The notes: generated by a model from the letters alone, not told the origin. Numbered from the whole stretch's first letter, positions 28,839-38,641 are shown. The stretch is 59,122 nucleotides of DNA, filler included, from 9 parts of 9 records of this genome joined end to end with filler, not necessarily neighbours in it, one strand, 5' to 3'. Made by a program: numbers and translations.

Positions 28839-29734
28839 GCACTACGAGTAAGCAAAGGTATATCTCCACCTCCTTCTGGGTGGACCCGTTTATTCAGGAG
28901 ACGACACCGAGTGAAAAGCTGGTGTTCATGTATCTCCTCACCAATCCCCTGACAAACATCGCAGGGGTCTATGAGATCACGATTCGTCAAATATCTTTCG
29001 ACACTGGATTCACCCCCGAGATTATCCGGGAGATCCTTCGACGTTTTGATGAGGCCGGGAAGGTCTTCCACTTTCAGAACTATATCATCATTCGGAATTA
29101 CCCGAATCACCAGAAGTACGAGTCCCGGGGGAAGATTCGGCAAGGGATTGAGAATGTCCTCGCGAACCTCTCCCCGGAGGTTCTCCAGTTCCTCGTTAAG
29201 ATAGGATATACATACCCTATCCATACGGTAGGTAACTATTCTGAATTTGAATTTGATTCTGAATTTGAATCTGATCCTGAATCCGAAGTAGATCCGCTTC
29301 CCGCGGAAACTGTGCCAGGACCGGTGGAGGAGGAAATGAGAGAGGAGGAGCCGGCCCCATCCGGCCCGAGCGCCTTCGAGAAGATCGACAGGTTCAAACA
29401 GCCACCGGTGGAGCCCGAGGTAGAAGCTATAGGGGTGGCCCAGATTCTCGCCTCCGAGTGGTACCAGACCTACAGCAAGAAAACTGCCCGGGCTCTATCC
29501 TACAGCGAGAGGGATATCCGGGAGGCCTGTGAGCTTTTGAAGAGGACCGACCTCCAGACAGCAAGGGACGCAATCCCGATTTACTTTGATTCAACCGCCT
29601 GGTTCATGTACGACAAGGGCAAGAAGTCCAGGCGCTTTTCGTTCTTGAGTTTCTGCCGGAATTTCGCGGAACTCTCCAGTGAGGAGGCAGCTCCGGCGAT
29701 AGACTACTCAAAGATTGAGGCTGCGAGCTTTTAA
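28835..29734 (+). CDS. Phage replication initiator / replisome organiser
   Basis: RYISTSFW.D...EKL.FMYLLTNP.TNIAGVYEI....SFDTG winged-helix N-terminus, then a low-complexity repeat linker. Confidence 0.75.
   Translation: MSTTSKQRYISTSFWVDPFIQETTPSEKLVFMYLLTNPLTNIAGVYEITIRQISFDTGFTPEIIREILRRFDEAGKVFHFQNYIIIRNYPNHQKYESRGKIRQGIENVLANLSPEVLQFLVKIGYTYPIHTVGNYSEFEFDSEFESDPESEVDPLPAETVPGPVEEEMREEEPAPSGPSAFEKIDRFKQPPVEPEVEAIGVAQILASEWYQTYSKKTARALSYSERDIREACELLKRTDLQTARDAIPIYFDSTAWFMYDKGKKSRRFSFLSFCRNFAELSSEEAAPAIDYSKIEAASF
29200..29288 (+). repeat. Inverted repeat plus 18-bp-period direct repeats inside the initiator gene
   Basis: GATAGG/CCTATC (29200-29221); ATTCTGAATTTGAAT at 29238 and 29256, degenerate copy at 29274. 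Confidence 0.6.
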
Positions 29735-29752
29735 AGCAGGGAGGGAATAGAC

Positions 29753-29989
29753 ATGATGTATTTAACATATAACCACGGGGAGAGATACATCCCTGATTTC
29801 CTTAGGCTGACCCGGGATAAACCCGGAAGGAAGCGGTCGAGGGCCAGTAGGAAAAGCGAGAGTACGAAGGAGTTTGCCGAGATCCGGGCGCTGGAAGCGG
29901 CTGGAGTAATCCCGATTGATGTGACATCGACGAACGCAGACGAATACAAGCGGGCCCGTAAGGGGAAGCGGAAGAGAGGAAGCGTATGA
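29753..29989 (+). CDS. Hypothetical basic phage protein
   Basis: GGAGG RBS; ATGA overlap with the next gene. Confidence 0.6.
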   Translation: MMYLTYNHGERYIPDFLRLTRDKPGRKRSRASRKSESTKEFAEIRALEAAGVIPIDVTSTNADEYKRARKGKRKRGSV

Positions 29990-30393
29990 CCTATGGGGAA
30001 TTCCTCGATAGGCTCCGGGAGTATTACGGGGACTGGGATAATGAGTCGGTCGTTCGGGTAGTCCTGGGTTATCTGAAAAGGGACATCAAAGAAGACCGCT
30101 TATCTGAGTTACTTCGGTATGTGTTTTACACTCACCCCGTTCGATATGGTCCTCCTGATGTATCTGTGCTTGAGACTGCCATTTACCGGAAGGTTTCCCA
30201 GGATAATTTGAAGTCGGTCAAGAAGCTTGCAGCATTACCGGAAGGACCGGAGCCGTTGCAGAAGCCGACCATTGAGGACTATCACACGATGGATTCTCTC
30301 CTTGAGAAGTGGGGCGGATTAAATGGGCTCATCAAAGGCACTATGGATATGAAGACGCAGGGTGAGCCCCCCACGCAATCCTCAGCCGGATAG
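29986..30393 (+). CDS. Hypothetical phage protein, possibly helicase loader/inhibitor-like
   Basis: Lies after the initiator; MT..EF...L..YY and PP.VS.L pattern. Confidence 0.45.
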   Translation: MTYGEFLDRLREYYGDWDNESVVRVVLGYLKRDIKEDRLSELLRYVFYTHPVRYGPPDVSVLETAIYRKVSQDNLKSVKKLAALPEGPEPLQKPTIEDYHTMDSLLEKWGGLNGLIKGTMDMKTQGEPPTQSSAG

Positions 30394-30418
30394 CTTGGGG
30401 GCAAGCCAACGGGAGGGG

Positions 30419-31024
30419 ATGGCAATTACAAAGAGAGAGTTATTCATAAAACAAGAGAAATACCTGGAGAGCAGGTCCAGTACGGCCCTGTCTGAATTGT
30501 ACCAGGGATTTCGGCAGCTATCCCGAAAGGTCTCCCGGGCTCTCATCGAGTACCACTCAATCCCCCTTCGGGGGGACGTGGTCCGGGATATTGAGGAAGA
30601 GGCAGCTGTCGACTTCATTACTAAATATCTGGAAGATCCAGCCTTTCGGATAGAGTCCTCATTCTATTCCTACATCAGGAGGATCCTCCAGGTGAAATAC
30701 TTCCGCCCAGCCCGAGGGTTGCGGCAGGATGAGGATGCCTTGGCCCTCGATGAGGTCCATTCCATCGGCTCCACCTATTACGACGAGGAAACTCTCGAAC
30801 GAATCCACACCGAGGAGATGGCGGAGAGGATAGTCAGAGCCCTGACTGACACCCTCCCACCTGATGACATTCGGGAAGTATTCCCCCATATCATTCAGAT
30901 CATTGAGCGCCCGGGTAATCGTTCCTATGAGTCCTATCTGTACAGGGTTAAGAACGAGAGAGTCCGGGCACTGGTAGCGGAAGCCATGGAGAAGATCCGC
31001 AAGGAGATAACGAATCATGTATAA
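30419..31024 (+). CDS. Hypothetical phage protein, possibly sigma-factor-like late regulator
   Basis: GGAGGGG-ATG 30419; LSELY...DIEEEAAVDF...F..ESSFYSYIRRI resembles sigma region 2. Confidence 0.45.
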   Translation: MAITKRELFIKQEKYLESRSSTALSELYQGFRQLSRKVSRALIEYHSIPLRGDVVRDIEEEAAVDFITKYLEDPAFRIESSFYSYIRRILQVKYFRPARGLRQDEDALALDEVHSIGSTYYDEETLERIHTEEMAERIVRALTDTLPPDDIREVFPHIIQIIERPGNRSYESYLYRVKNERVRALVAEAMEKIRKEITNHV

Positions 31025-31103
31025 GCGAAAGAAAACCAAGTTCACCTATCTGGAGATTTGTCTTATCCAGAAGATCAAGGAAGCATTGAGGACCGCCGGC
31101 TGA
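31017..31103 (+). CDS. 28-aa small protein
   Basis: AAGGAG RBS; MYKRKKTKFTYLEICLIQKIKEALRTAG*; overlaps the upstream stop and ends in TGATG with the HNH start. Confidence 0.55.
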   Translation: MYKRKKTKFTYLEICLIQKIKEALRTAG

Positions 31104-31510
31104 TGCCGCGACGATTGTGTCGGGCTCCTGGCTGCGGACAGGTGGCGACTGATGGAGGATACTGCCAGAGACATCAGTCCGTCCGGCAGGAGCGGGACCA
31201 GGAAAGATACAAGCGGGAGTACTGGGCCCGGAAGGGGAACCGACCCTATGCCAAGCTGTACACTTCACCCCGATGGCGAAGGATGAGCAGGGCAAAGCTA
31301 CATGAGGATCCTGTTTGTGAGAAGTGCGGCGAAGCTCTGGCCAACGAGGTTCACCACCGGACTCCGCACCGGGGAGACCTTGGCCTGTTCTTCTCCTGGG
31401 ATAATCTCATGAGCATCTGTAAATCCTGTCACAGCTTGGAGACTGCCAGAGAGCAGCGGGAGCGGAAACAGGCGGCAGGAGAGTGGCGCTCCGCAAGGGG
31501 GAGGGGGTGA
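31103..31510 (+). CDS. Terminase-associated HNH endonuclease
   Basis: MPRRLCRAPGC...YC..H, Y.S.RW, PVCEKC, VHHRTPHRGD, NLMSICKSCHS. Confidence 0.93.
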   Translation: MPRRLCRAPGCGQVATDGGYCQRHQSVRQERDQERYKREYWARKGNRPYAKLYTSPRWRRMSRAKLHEDPVCEKCGEALANEVHHRTPHRGDLGLFFSWDNLMSICKSCHSLETAREQRERKQAAGEWRSARGRG

Positions 31511-31612
31511 AAAATCACTGGAAAGGCTCCGGCCCTAATACATTGGCCCCTCCTTCTCTTTTATGCACGTGCATTTGTGGACTACTTAGTATTTTTTCTT
31601 GGAGGTGAAATC

Positions 31613-32080
31613 ATGAAAACAGTTCAACAACATAAGGCTGATGGTACTTACCAGCCTTGCCGCCATGAGGAGCGGGCAAAAAATGCGGAGCGGTTCGAGT
31701 ACCTGGAAAAACTGCCAACTCCAAAGAATAAGGGACTCAACAAAATCGGGAAAGCCTTTTACAAAACTTTCGGAGAGGCGTCTATCACTCAGGGAATCCT
31801 GACATCTCTTGACCTTCCCCTTCTGGAGCTGGCTGCCTACAAGTATCAGGAGGTGGCCGGCTGTATTGAGCAGATGGGCGGGAATGTCCCGGAGTACCTG
31901 CGGGTACACAAGGTCACGGTCCAGAATGCACTGGTCTCGTTTTACAAGACCAGCCAATCCGAACTATTCGAGATCCTAAAAGTCCTCGGAGCCTCTCCCT
32001 CTACCAGGGAAAAGCTCAGCCTCAAGGTGAAGGATAAGGACCCCGCGAAACTCACTATCCTGGACACCGTCAGAAATTAA
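31613..32080 (+). CDS. Terminase small subunit (P27-like)
   Basis: Between HNH and terL; GGAGGTG RBS; GILT.LD...L and LG.SP.TR motifs. Confidence 0.75.
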   Translation: MKTVQQHKADGTYQPCRHEERAKNAERFEYLEKLPTPKNKGLNKIGKAFYKTFGEASITQGILTSLDLPLLELAAYKYQEVAGCIEQMGGNVPEYLRVHKVTVQNALVSFYKTSQSELFEILKVLGASPSTREKLSLKVKDKDPAKLTILDTVRN

Positions 32081-32132
32081 ACTCCGACCGGCACTATAGG
32101 GGCATGATTCTATATTTAAAGCGGCCGACCAG

Positions 32133-33720
32133 GTGTTAGATTTCGGAGATTCACTATCATATTTTCAGGACGTTGAAGAAGGGCGGGTCTCCGTTTGCCA
32201 GGCAATCGAAAAACTGGCGGCGAAGCAACGGCGAGAAATGGAGAAGGCCGAGGACCCGGACTATCCTTTCTTCTTCGATCCGCATGAAGCGGAGAATGTC
32301 GCTGAGTTTGCCGGGTTCCTTAAGCACATAAAGGGAGAGCTCCGGGGGATGCCGATTGAGTTGGAACCCTGGCAGAAGATGATCCTTGCTCTGATCTTCG
32401 GATGGAGGCGGAAGGACAACGGCCGACGACGCTTCCGAAAAGTCTATTTTCAGATAGCCCGGAAAAACGGAAAGACCACCCTCGCGGTGATAATCGTACT
32501 GTACCTGTTTTATAAATCCGAGGAAGGAGAGTTCTACTCCATCGCCACGAAGCGGGACCAGGCCAGAATCGCCTTTGATATTGCCCGGTCAATGGTACTT
32601 GGCCAATCGGACCTTCTCGCCATTACCACGGTACACAAGCATAAGTTCCTTAAGGGTGATTGTTTCTATCAGCCCATGAGTGCCGAGGACAAAACGGCCG
32701 ACGGGTTCAATCCGTTTTTCGTCCTGGTAGACGAGTATCACGCTCATAAGAACGATGACCAGGTTCAGGTTTATCAGTCCGGTATGGGGGCCCGGCCTGA
32801 CCCTCTGATCCTTATCACGACTACTGCCGGATTCGATCTTGATGGACCATGCAAGGAGGAATACGACCGGGCAAAGAAGATCCTTGATCAGATCTTTGAG
32901 GATGACAGTTTTCTCCCTATCATTTATGAGCTGGACGACAAGGAGAAGTGGGAGGATCCGGAGGAATGGCCGAAGGCGAATCCGAATCTCGGTATATCCG
33001 TCGATCTTCAATACCTGAAAGACCAGCATAATGAAGCCACTCAGAAACCGAATAAGAAAGTGGATTTCCTCACCAAGAACTGTAACGTCTGGGTTGATTC
33101 GAAAGAGGCCTGGATCGGTGCGGATGTCTGGAAGAAGAATCAGGGCGCCGTCGACCGTGGGCCCCTCATCGGGCGCCGGTGTTACGGGGGGATCGACCTC
33201 TCGGCAATTTCTGACCTTACCTGTTTCTCTCTTTACTTCCCACCGGATGAGCCGGGAGGAAAGACTCGTGCTATCCACCGGGCCTATATCCCCGAGGACT
33301 CTATTGCGCAGCGGGCGAAATATGAGCATGTCCAGTTAAGGCGATGGATCCGGGACGAGTATCTATTTCCGACTCCCGGTGAGGTTGTCGATCATTCCTA
33401 TCTGATTCGAGACCTGACCGAAGCAGCAGAGGATTACGAGATTAAGGAGATCGGTTATGACCCGGCTCTCTCTGCTTCGATTGTCGTACCCCTGGAACAG
33501 GAAGGATTTGACCTTGTTACCGTTCCGCAGGGGATATTCAAATTCTCTCCCTTCGTGAAGGACTGGGAGAAGGATGTCCGATCAGGGCTTATCTTAGATG
33601 AGGATCCGGTCATGGCATGGTGTCTCTCCAATACCGTTATCAAACCCGACGTGAATGACAACTACAAACCTTTGAAAGAGAAAAAGCATAAACGGATCGA
33701 CCTCGTTATCTCCTCAATCA
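32133..33720 (+). CDS. terL: Terminase large subunit (3' truncated)
   Basis: L.PWQ, Walker A IARKNGKT, Walker B VLVDEYH, ITTAG, W.KANPNLG, nuclease GIDLS...RID. Confidence 0.96.
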
Positions 33721-33820
33721 NNNNNNNNNNNNNNNNNNNNNNNNNNNNNNNNNNNNNNNNNNNNTTAATTAATTAANNNNNNNNNNNNNNNNNNNNNNNN
33801 NNNNNNNNNNNNNNNNNNNN
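33721..33820. other. Artificial contig spacer
   Basis: N44-TTAATTAATTAA-N44. Confidence 0.98.
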
Positions 33821-33903
33821 CGAGGAAATGATCGCCCACGAAGCGTATCCCGACTGGCTGGCCGCGCCGCGCACCTGACATCAACGAGAGCCGGACACTT
33901 CCC

Positions 33904-34737
33904 ATGGAACCCCTTCCCTTCGTCAAGATGCACGGCCTCGGCAACGACTTCGTCGTCTTCGATGCCCGCCGCCGGGCACTGGACCTGAGCGCCGACCAGG
34001 TACGTGCCATCGCCGAACGCAACACCGGCGTCGGCTGCGACCAGCTCATCATCATGGAGGCGCCGCGAAACGACGCCGCCGACGTCTTCATGCGCATCCG
34101 CAACGCCGACGGCAGCGAGGTCGAGGCCTGTGGCAACGCCACCCGGTGCGTCGCCTCGGTGGTCATGAAGGAGCGCAACACCGATTCCGTCACCATCGAA
34201 ACCGTGGTCGGCCTGCTGCACGCCACCGCCGGCGGCAACGAGATGATCACCGTCGACATGGGCCCGGTCCGCCTGGACTGGCAGGACATTCCCCTGGCCA
34301 AGACCATGGACACCCTGCACATGGGGATCGAAGAAGGGCCGCTGCGCGATCCCGCGGGCGTCAACGTCGGCAATCCGCACGCCGTTTTCTTTGTCGACGA
34401 TGCCGAATCGATCCATCTCGAGGCGGTCGGCCCCCGCGTCGAGCACCACCCGCTGTTCCCGGCACGCATCAACGTCGAAGCCGTTCAGGTGCTGTCGCCG
34501 ACGCGGTTGCGCATGCGGGTCTGGGAACGCGGAACCGGCATCACCCGGGCCTGCGGCACCGGCGCCTGCGCGACGCTGGTGGCGGCGCACCGGCGCGGCC
34601 TGGCCGAGCGCGCCGCCGAGGTTATCCTCGACGGCGGCATCCTGCGCATCGAATGGAACGACGAAGATCATGTGATGATGAGCGGCCCGGCGGCGACCAG
34701 CTTCACCGGCGCCCTCGACCCCTCGTTGGCCCCCTAG
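33904..34737 (+). CDS. dapF: Diaminopimelate epimerase
   Basis: KMHGLGNDF, GVGCDQ, NADGSEVEACGN, GNPH, RVWERG...ACGTGACA. Confidence 0.97.
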   Translation: MEPLPFVKMHGLGNDFVVFDARRRALDLSADQVRAIAERNTGVGCDQLIIMEAPRNDAADVFMRIRNADGSEVEACGNATRCVASVVMKERNTDSVTIETVVGLLHATAGGNEMITVDMGPVRLDWQDIPLAKTMDTLHMGIEEGPLRDPAGVNVGNPHAVFFVDDAESIHLEAVGPRVEHHPLFPARINVEAVQVLSPTRLRMRVWERGTGITRACGTGACATLVAAHRRGLAERAAEVILDGGILRIEWNDEDHVMMSGPAATSFTGALDPSLAP

Positions 34738-34772
34738 GCAGACAGGCTCTGAGAGCGGGGCGAATCCGTTCC

Positions 34773-35996
34773 TCAGAACACCAGCTTCAGGCGTCCGATC
34801 CGTTCGCGCACCTCGCCGATGATCTTCGTCTCGTCTTGCGGGCTGTCTGCCTCGAAGGTAACCGAGAAGCGCACGTAGGCGCCGGCGTCATCCCACGGCA
34901 CGGTGGAGATCTGTGCCTCCATGATCAGGAACTCCGAGAACTGCGCCGCGTTCTCGAAGGTGACCCCCGATTCGGTGCCCTTCGGGCAGGCGACGTAGAG
35001 ATAGAAGGTCGCCGGCGACTTCTTGACCGAGAAGCCGACGCCGTTCAGTGCCCCGACCAGCAGATCGAAGCGCCGCGAATACTTCTCGCAGATGCGTGCG
35101 GTGATCTCGGGATGCGCCAACCCGTACATGCCAGCCTTCTGGATGGCGCGGAACTGGCCTGAATCCGTGTTGTCCTTGACGGTTGCGTAGGCCTTCACGA
35201 GGTGGCTGTTGCCGGTCAGGAAGGCGAGCCGCCAGCCGGTCATGTTGTAGGCCTTCGACAGCGAATGCACCTCAAGCGCCACCTCCTCGGCGCCGTCGGT
35301 CGAAAGGATGCTCATCGGCTTGTGGCCGTCATAGGTCAGGGCGCCGTAGGCGGCGTCCTGGACGATGACGATACCGTGCCGATGCGCGAAGTCGACCAAC
35401 TCACGGAAAAACGCGGGCGTCGCCATCGCGCCGGTCGGATTGTTCGGATAATTGACATAGATCGCCTTGGCCTTGCCCAGGACGTCCGCCGGGATCGCGT
35501 CCAGATCCGGCAGGAATCCGTTCTTTTCCAGCAGCGGCAGCGGATGCACCTGGCCGCCGACGTAGCGGGTGTAGGTCGCCATCACCGGATAGCCGGGCAC
35601 CGTGGTCAGCAGCACGTCGCCCGGATTGATCAGGCACAGCGGCAGCATGGCGAAGATCGGCTTCGAGCCTAGGCCGTGGACGATCTGTTCCGCCGGATCG
35701 AGACCGGCGACCCCGTATACCTGCTCCATATAGCGCGCCGCCGCTTCCTGGAACGGGGCGATGCCGTTGTCGGCGTAGAAGCGGTTCTCCTTCTTTCCGG
35801 CCTCGGCGGCCAGCGCCTCGACGATCTTGGGGTCGGCCGGGGCGTCCGGCTCGCCCACACCCATGTCGATGATCGGGATATTCGGAAATTTCTTCGCCGC
35901 CGCGTCCTTGGCCCGCTTGATCTTCTCGAACTTGTAAATTTCGGTCGACTTGCCGAACTGCTTTCCGCCCAGTCTTTCCGCGACAACGATGTCCAT
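34773..35996 (-). CDS. dapL: LL-diaminopimelate aminotransferase (PLP class I/II)
   Basis: AERLGGKQFGK...IYKFEKIKRAK N-terminus characteristic of one DapL clade; NYPNNPTG, DAAY, SLSKAYNMTGWR, KDNTDSGQF; adjacent to dapF. Confidence 0.85.
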   Translation of the reverse strand: MDIVVAERLGGKQFGKSTEIYKFEKIKRAKDAAAKKFPNIPIIDMGVGEPDAPADPKIVEALAAEAGKKENRFYADNGIAPFQEAAARYMEQVYGVAGLDPAEQIVHGLGSKPIFAMLPLCLINPGDVLLTTVPGYPVMATYTRYVGGQVHPLPLLEKNGFLPDLDAIPADVLGKAKAIYVNYPNNPTGAMATPAFFRELVDFAHRHGIVIVQDAAYGALTYDGHKPMSILSTDGAEEVALEVHSLSKAYNMTGWRLAFLTGNSHLVKAYATVKDNTDSGQFRAIQKAGMYGLAHPEITARICEKYSRRFDLLVGALNGVGFSVKKSPATFYLYVACPKGTESGVTFENAAQFSEFLIMEAQISTVPWDDAGAYVRFSVTFEADSPQDETKIIGEVRERIGRLKLVF

Positions 35997-36226
35997 AACC
36001 AACCCTTCCCGATGAAATTCCCGACGTTTCGGAGCCGCCCCCGAGGTCGCTCTCCCTTAACGCATCCGCGTTTCGATGTCTACCGGTCGCGGAGGGGCCG
36101 GGAACAAGGCGGATACGTGCCAAATGCCTTTCCCGTTTGACCGCGGGTTCGATGAGGCCAAGAATTGCTTGTTTTCATGGTTCCGCCCGCCTGCCATTGT
36201 GCCATAAAGGCAACGCTGAAGGTTGA

Positions 36227-36374
36227 GAAGGAAGTTTGGTGGGGATGGCGGCGAAGGCGAAGGCGCAGGTAGTTCCCTTCATGTCGGCGGCACCGCAGGC
36301 GATCAGGCGGTCGTCGAGATGGTTTCGCGGGGTCGATCAGCCTACTGGTCACCGGTAACGAGGAGGATCCCGCC
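36227..36374 (+). pseudogene. dapE: Degenerate internal fragment of succinyl-diaminopimelate desuccinylase
   Basis: EGSLVGMAAKAKAQVVPFMSAA (cf. DGKLYGRGAADMKGAIAAFVAAA), then a +1 frameshift to GSISLLVTGNEEDPA (cf. GSISLLITGDEEGPA). Confidence 0.7.
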
Positions 36375-36941
36375 ATGCCAAATCTAGGTGAAATCCTGAA
36401 GGCGCTCTACGGTGCCTACCGATTGGCCCGGTTCGATGCCGGCGGCATCCAGTTTTTCGACGATTCGATCTCTGGATTCTGGAAATCCTTCTTTGCCGCC
36501 GTCGTCATCGCACCGCTGTTCTTTGTGCTTTTGCTCATGCGCTTTCAGGTCGAATCGGCCGAACTTTCGGCGTTTCGGTATTTTTCGGTCGAAGCCATCG
36601 CCTATGTCATTCGCTGGGTCGCATTTCCGCTGATCATGGCATCCGCCGTCAAAGCGCTGGATCGCGACGACAAGTACCTGGTTTTCATTGTCGCCTACAA
36701 TTGGGCCTCGGTCCTGCAAAGCGCCGTTTTTCTGACAGCGGCCATGGTTTCTATTGGTGGCGGCATGCCGCCTTCTGCAGGCGGATTTCTCAGCCTTGCC
36801 ATCCTTGCCGCGGTTCTGACCTATGCCTGGTTCGTGACACGAACGGCCCTCGACCTGCCCGGCGGCACCGCCGCGGCTATCGTTGCATTCGAGTTTTTCC
36901 TCGGAGTCATCATCGATATGATGGCGGAATCGATGATTTAG
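36375..36941 (+). CDS. Hypothetical inner-membrane protein
   Basis: Several hydrophobic segments, GFWKSFFAA and VAYNW motifs; convergent with truA. Confidence 0.85.
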   Translation: MPNLGEILKALYGAYRLARFDAGGIQFFDDSISGFWKSFFAAVVIAPLFFVLLLMRFQVESAELSAFRYFSVEAIAYVIRWVAFPLIMASAVKALDRDDKYLVFIVAYNWASVLQSAVFLTAAMVSIGGGMPPSAGGFLSLAILAAVLTYAWFVTRTALDLPGGTAAAIVAFEFFLGVIIDMMAESMI

Positions 36942-36948
36942 CAGGCTG

Positions 36949-37686
36949 CTAGTATTCAACACCGACCAGATAGAGGCCGCAGGCCGGCGCCGACGGCCCC
37001 GCCTTTGTCCGGTCACAGGCATTCAACGCATTTTCGACATCGGCTGGCGTCCATTTTCCCTCGCCGACCAGCTTCAAGGTCCCGACCATGTTGCGGACCT
37101 GATGGTGCAGGAACGACCGCGCCCGTGTCGTCACACGGATTTCGTCCTGCTCACGCGTCACATCAAGCGCATCCAGGGTTTTCACCGGCGACTTGGCCTG
37201 GCAGTCGGCGGCACGGAACGATGTGAAATCGTGATTGCCGAGCAGGACCTGCGCAGCCTGGTGCATGGCGGCGGCATCCAGGCGTGGGGCTATCCACCAG
37301 ACCCGGTTCCTGTCGATCGTTGGCGGCGCGCGCCGATTGACGATGCGATACAGGTATCGGCGTTCCCGTGCCGAAAACCGGGCGTGGAACTCCCCGTCGA
37401 CCGGAATCGCTTCGAGGACGGCGATCGATGCTGGTTTCAGGTGGAAGTTCAGGGCATCACGCAGGGTATCGGCTGTCGTCTCGCGAGACAGATCGACATG
37501 AGCCACCTGGCCCAAGGCATGAACGCCGGCATCCGTGCGCCCGGCAGCGAGGACGTTGACGGTCTCGCCGCAAAATCGCGTCACGGCTTCTTCCAGATGT
37601 TGCTGGATGGAAGGCCCGTTTTCCTGGCGTTGCCAACCGACAAGCCCGGTCCCGTCATATTCCAGTGTCAGGCGAAAACGCGACAT
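36949..37686 (-). CDS. truA: tRNA pseudouridine(38-40) synthase
   Basis: [45 protein letters not shown]. Confidence 0.97.
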   Translation of the reverse strand: MSRFRLTLEYDGTGLVGWQRQENGPSIQQHLEEAVTRFCGETVNVLAAGRTDAGVHALGQVAHVDLSRETTADTLRDALNFHLKPASIAVLEAIPVDGEFHARFSARERRYLYRIVNRRAPPTIDRNRVWWIAPRLDAAAMHQAAQVLLGNHDFTSFRAADCQAKSPVKTLDALDVTREQDEIRVTTRARSFLHHQVRNMVGTLKLVGEGKWTPADVENALNACDRTKAGPSAPACGLYLVGVEY

Positions 37687-37705
37687 TGCAGCATAACAAC
37701 CTTGG

Positions 37706-38641
37706 CTATTCCAAAACGTCGCCGGCGGCTATCGCGTAGCCGCGCAGGAAGGATTCCGTGTCCGTCGCAGCCTTTCCCTCGCGCTGAACCCGTTCAATAC
37801 GCAAAGCCCCTTCACCACAGGCCACCGTCAGCCCCGTGGCGTCGACAAGGGTTCCGGGTTGCGCATCCGCATCCGACTCCAGAATCGTCGCCGAAAGCAC
37901 CTTGATCCGCTTTCCATTATGCAAAAACCAAACCCCCGGCCACGGATCGAAGGCTCGGATCATACGTTCTATCTCGGCCGCCGTCCGGTTCCAGTCGATA
38001 CGGCTTTCGCCGCGGTCCAGTTTTTCCGCGTAGGTGGCGCCGACTTCGGATTGAGCCATGGGTTTCAGACGGTCCGCTTCAATCCCTTCGATCGCCCGGA
38101 TCGTTATCCTGGCGCCCAGTTCGGCCAATTCGTCGTGGAGGCTTCCGCCCGTCGTCTCCGACGTGATCGAAACGCGCTCCGCCACCAGGATAGGCCCCGT
38201 ATCGAGGCCTTCGTCGACCTGCATGATGGTGACCCCGGTTTCGCTGTCTCCGGCCATGATGGCGCGCTGGATCGGAGCGGCACCGCGCCACCGCGGCAGA
38301 AGCGAGGCATGCACGTTGATGCATCCCAGGCGGGGGGCCTCCAGAACCGCTTTCGGCAAAATCAGTCCATAGGCCGCCGTAACCGCCAGATCGGCGTCAA
38401 GATCGGCAAACAGGCATTGTTCCTCTTCGCTTTTTTTCAGACTTTTCGGCGTATGGACGGGAATGCCCCTCTCCGCCGCAAAAGCGTGCACCGGACACGG
38501 GTTTTCGCGATGTCCCCGACCGGCCGGCCTTGGCGGCTGGGAATAAACAGCGGCGATTTCGTGCCCGGCGTCTATCAGCGCCGAAAGGACCGGAATGGCA
38601 AAATCGGGACTGCCCATGAATACCAAGCGCAGGGATGACAT
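37706..38641 (-). CDS. fmt: Methionyl-tRNA formyltransferase
   Basis: [45 protein letters not shown]. Confidence 0.97.
   Translation of the reverse strand: MSSLRLVFMGSPDFAIPVLSALIDAGHEIAAVYSQPPRPAGRGHRENPCPVHAFAAERGIPVHTPKSLKKSEEEQCLFADLDADLAVTAAYGLILPKAVLEAPRLGCINVHASLLPRWRGAAPIQRAIMAGDSETGVTIMQVDEGLDTGPILVAERVSITSETTGGSLHDELAELGARITIRAIEGIEADRLKPMAQSEVGATYAEKLDRGESRIDWNRTAAEIERMIRAFDPWPGVWFLHNGKRIKVLSATILESDADAQPGTLVDATGLTVACGEGALRIERVQREGKAATDTESFLRGYAIAAGDVLE

Larger units (their letters stand above)
28531..33720 (+). mobile_element. Phage, prophage or satellite fragment: replication and cos-type packaging module
   Basis: Co-oriented, tightly packed genes: RHH, replication initiator, hypotheticals, HNH, small and large terminase. 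Confidence 0.92.

Noticed and set aside
36003-36226. Lysine riboswitch or dapD remnant upstream of dapL
   Set aside because: No L-box consensus seen, and translations gave no convincing DapD or further DapE similarity.
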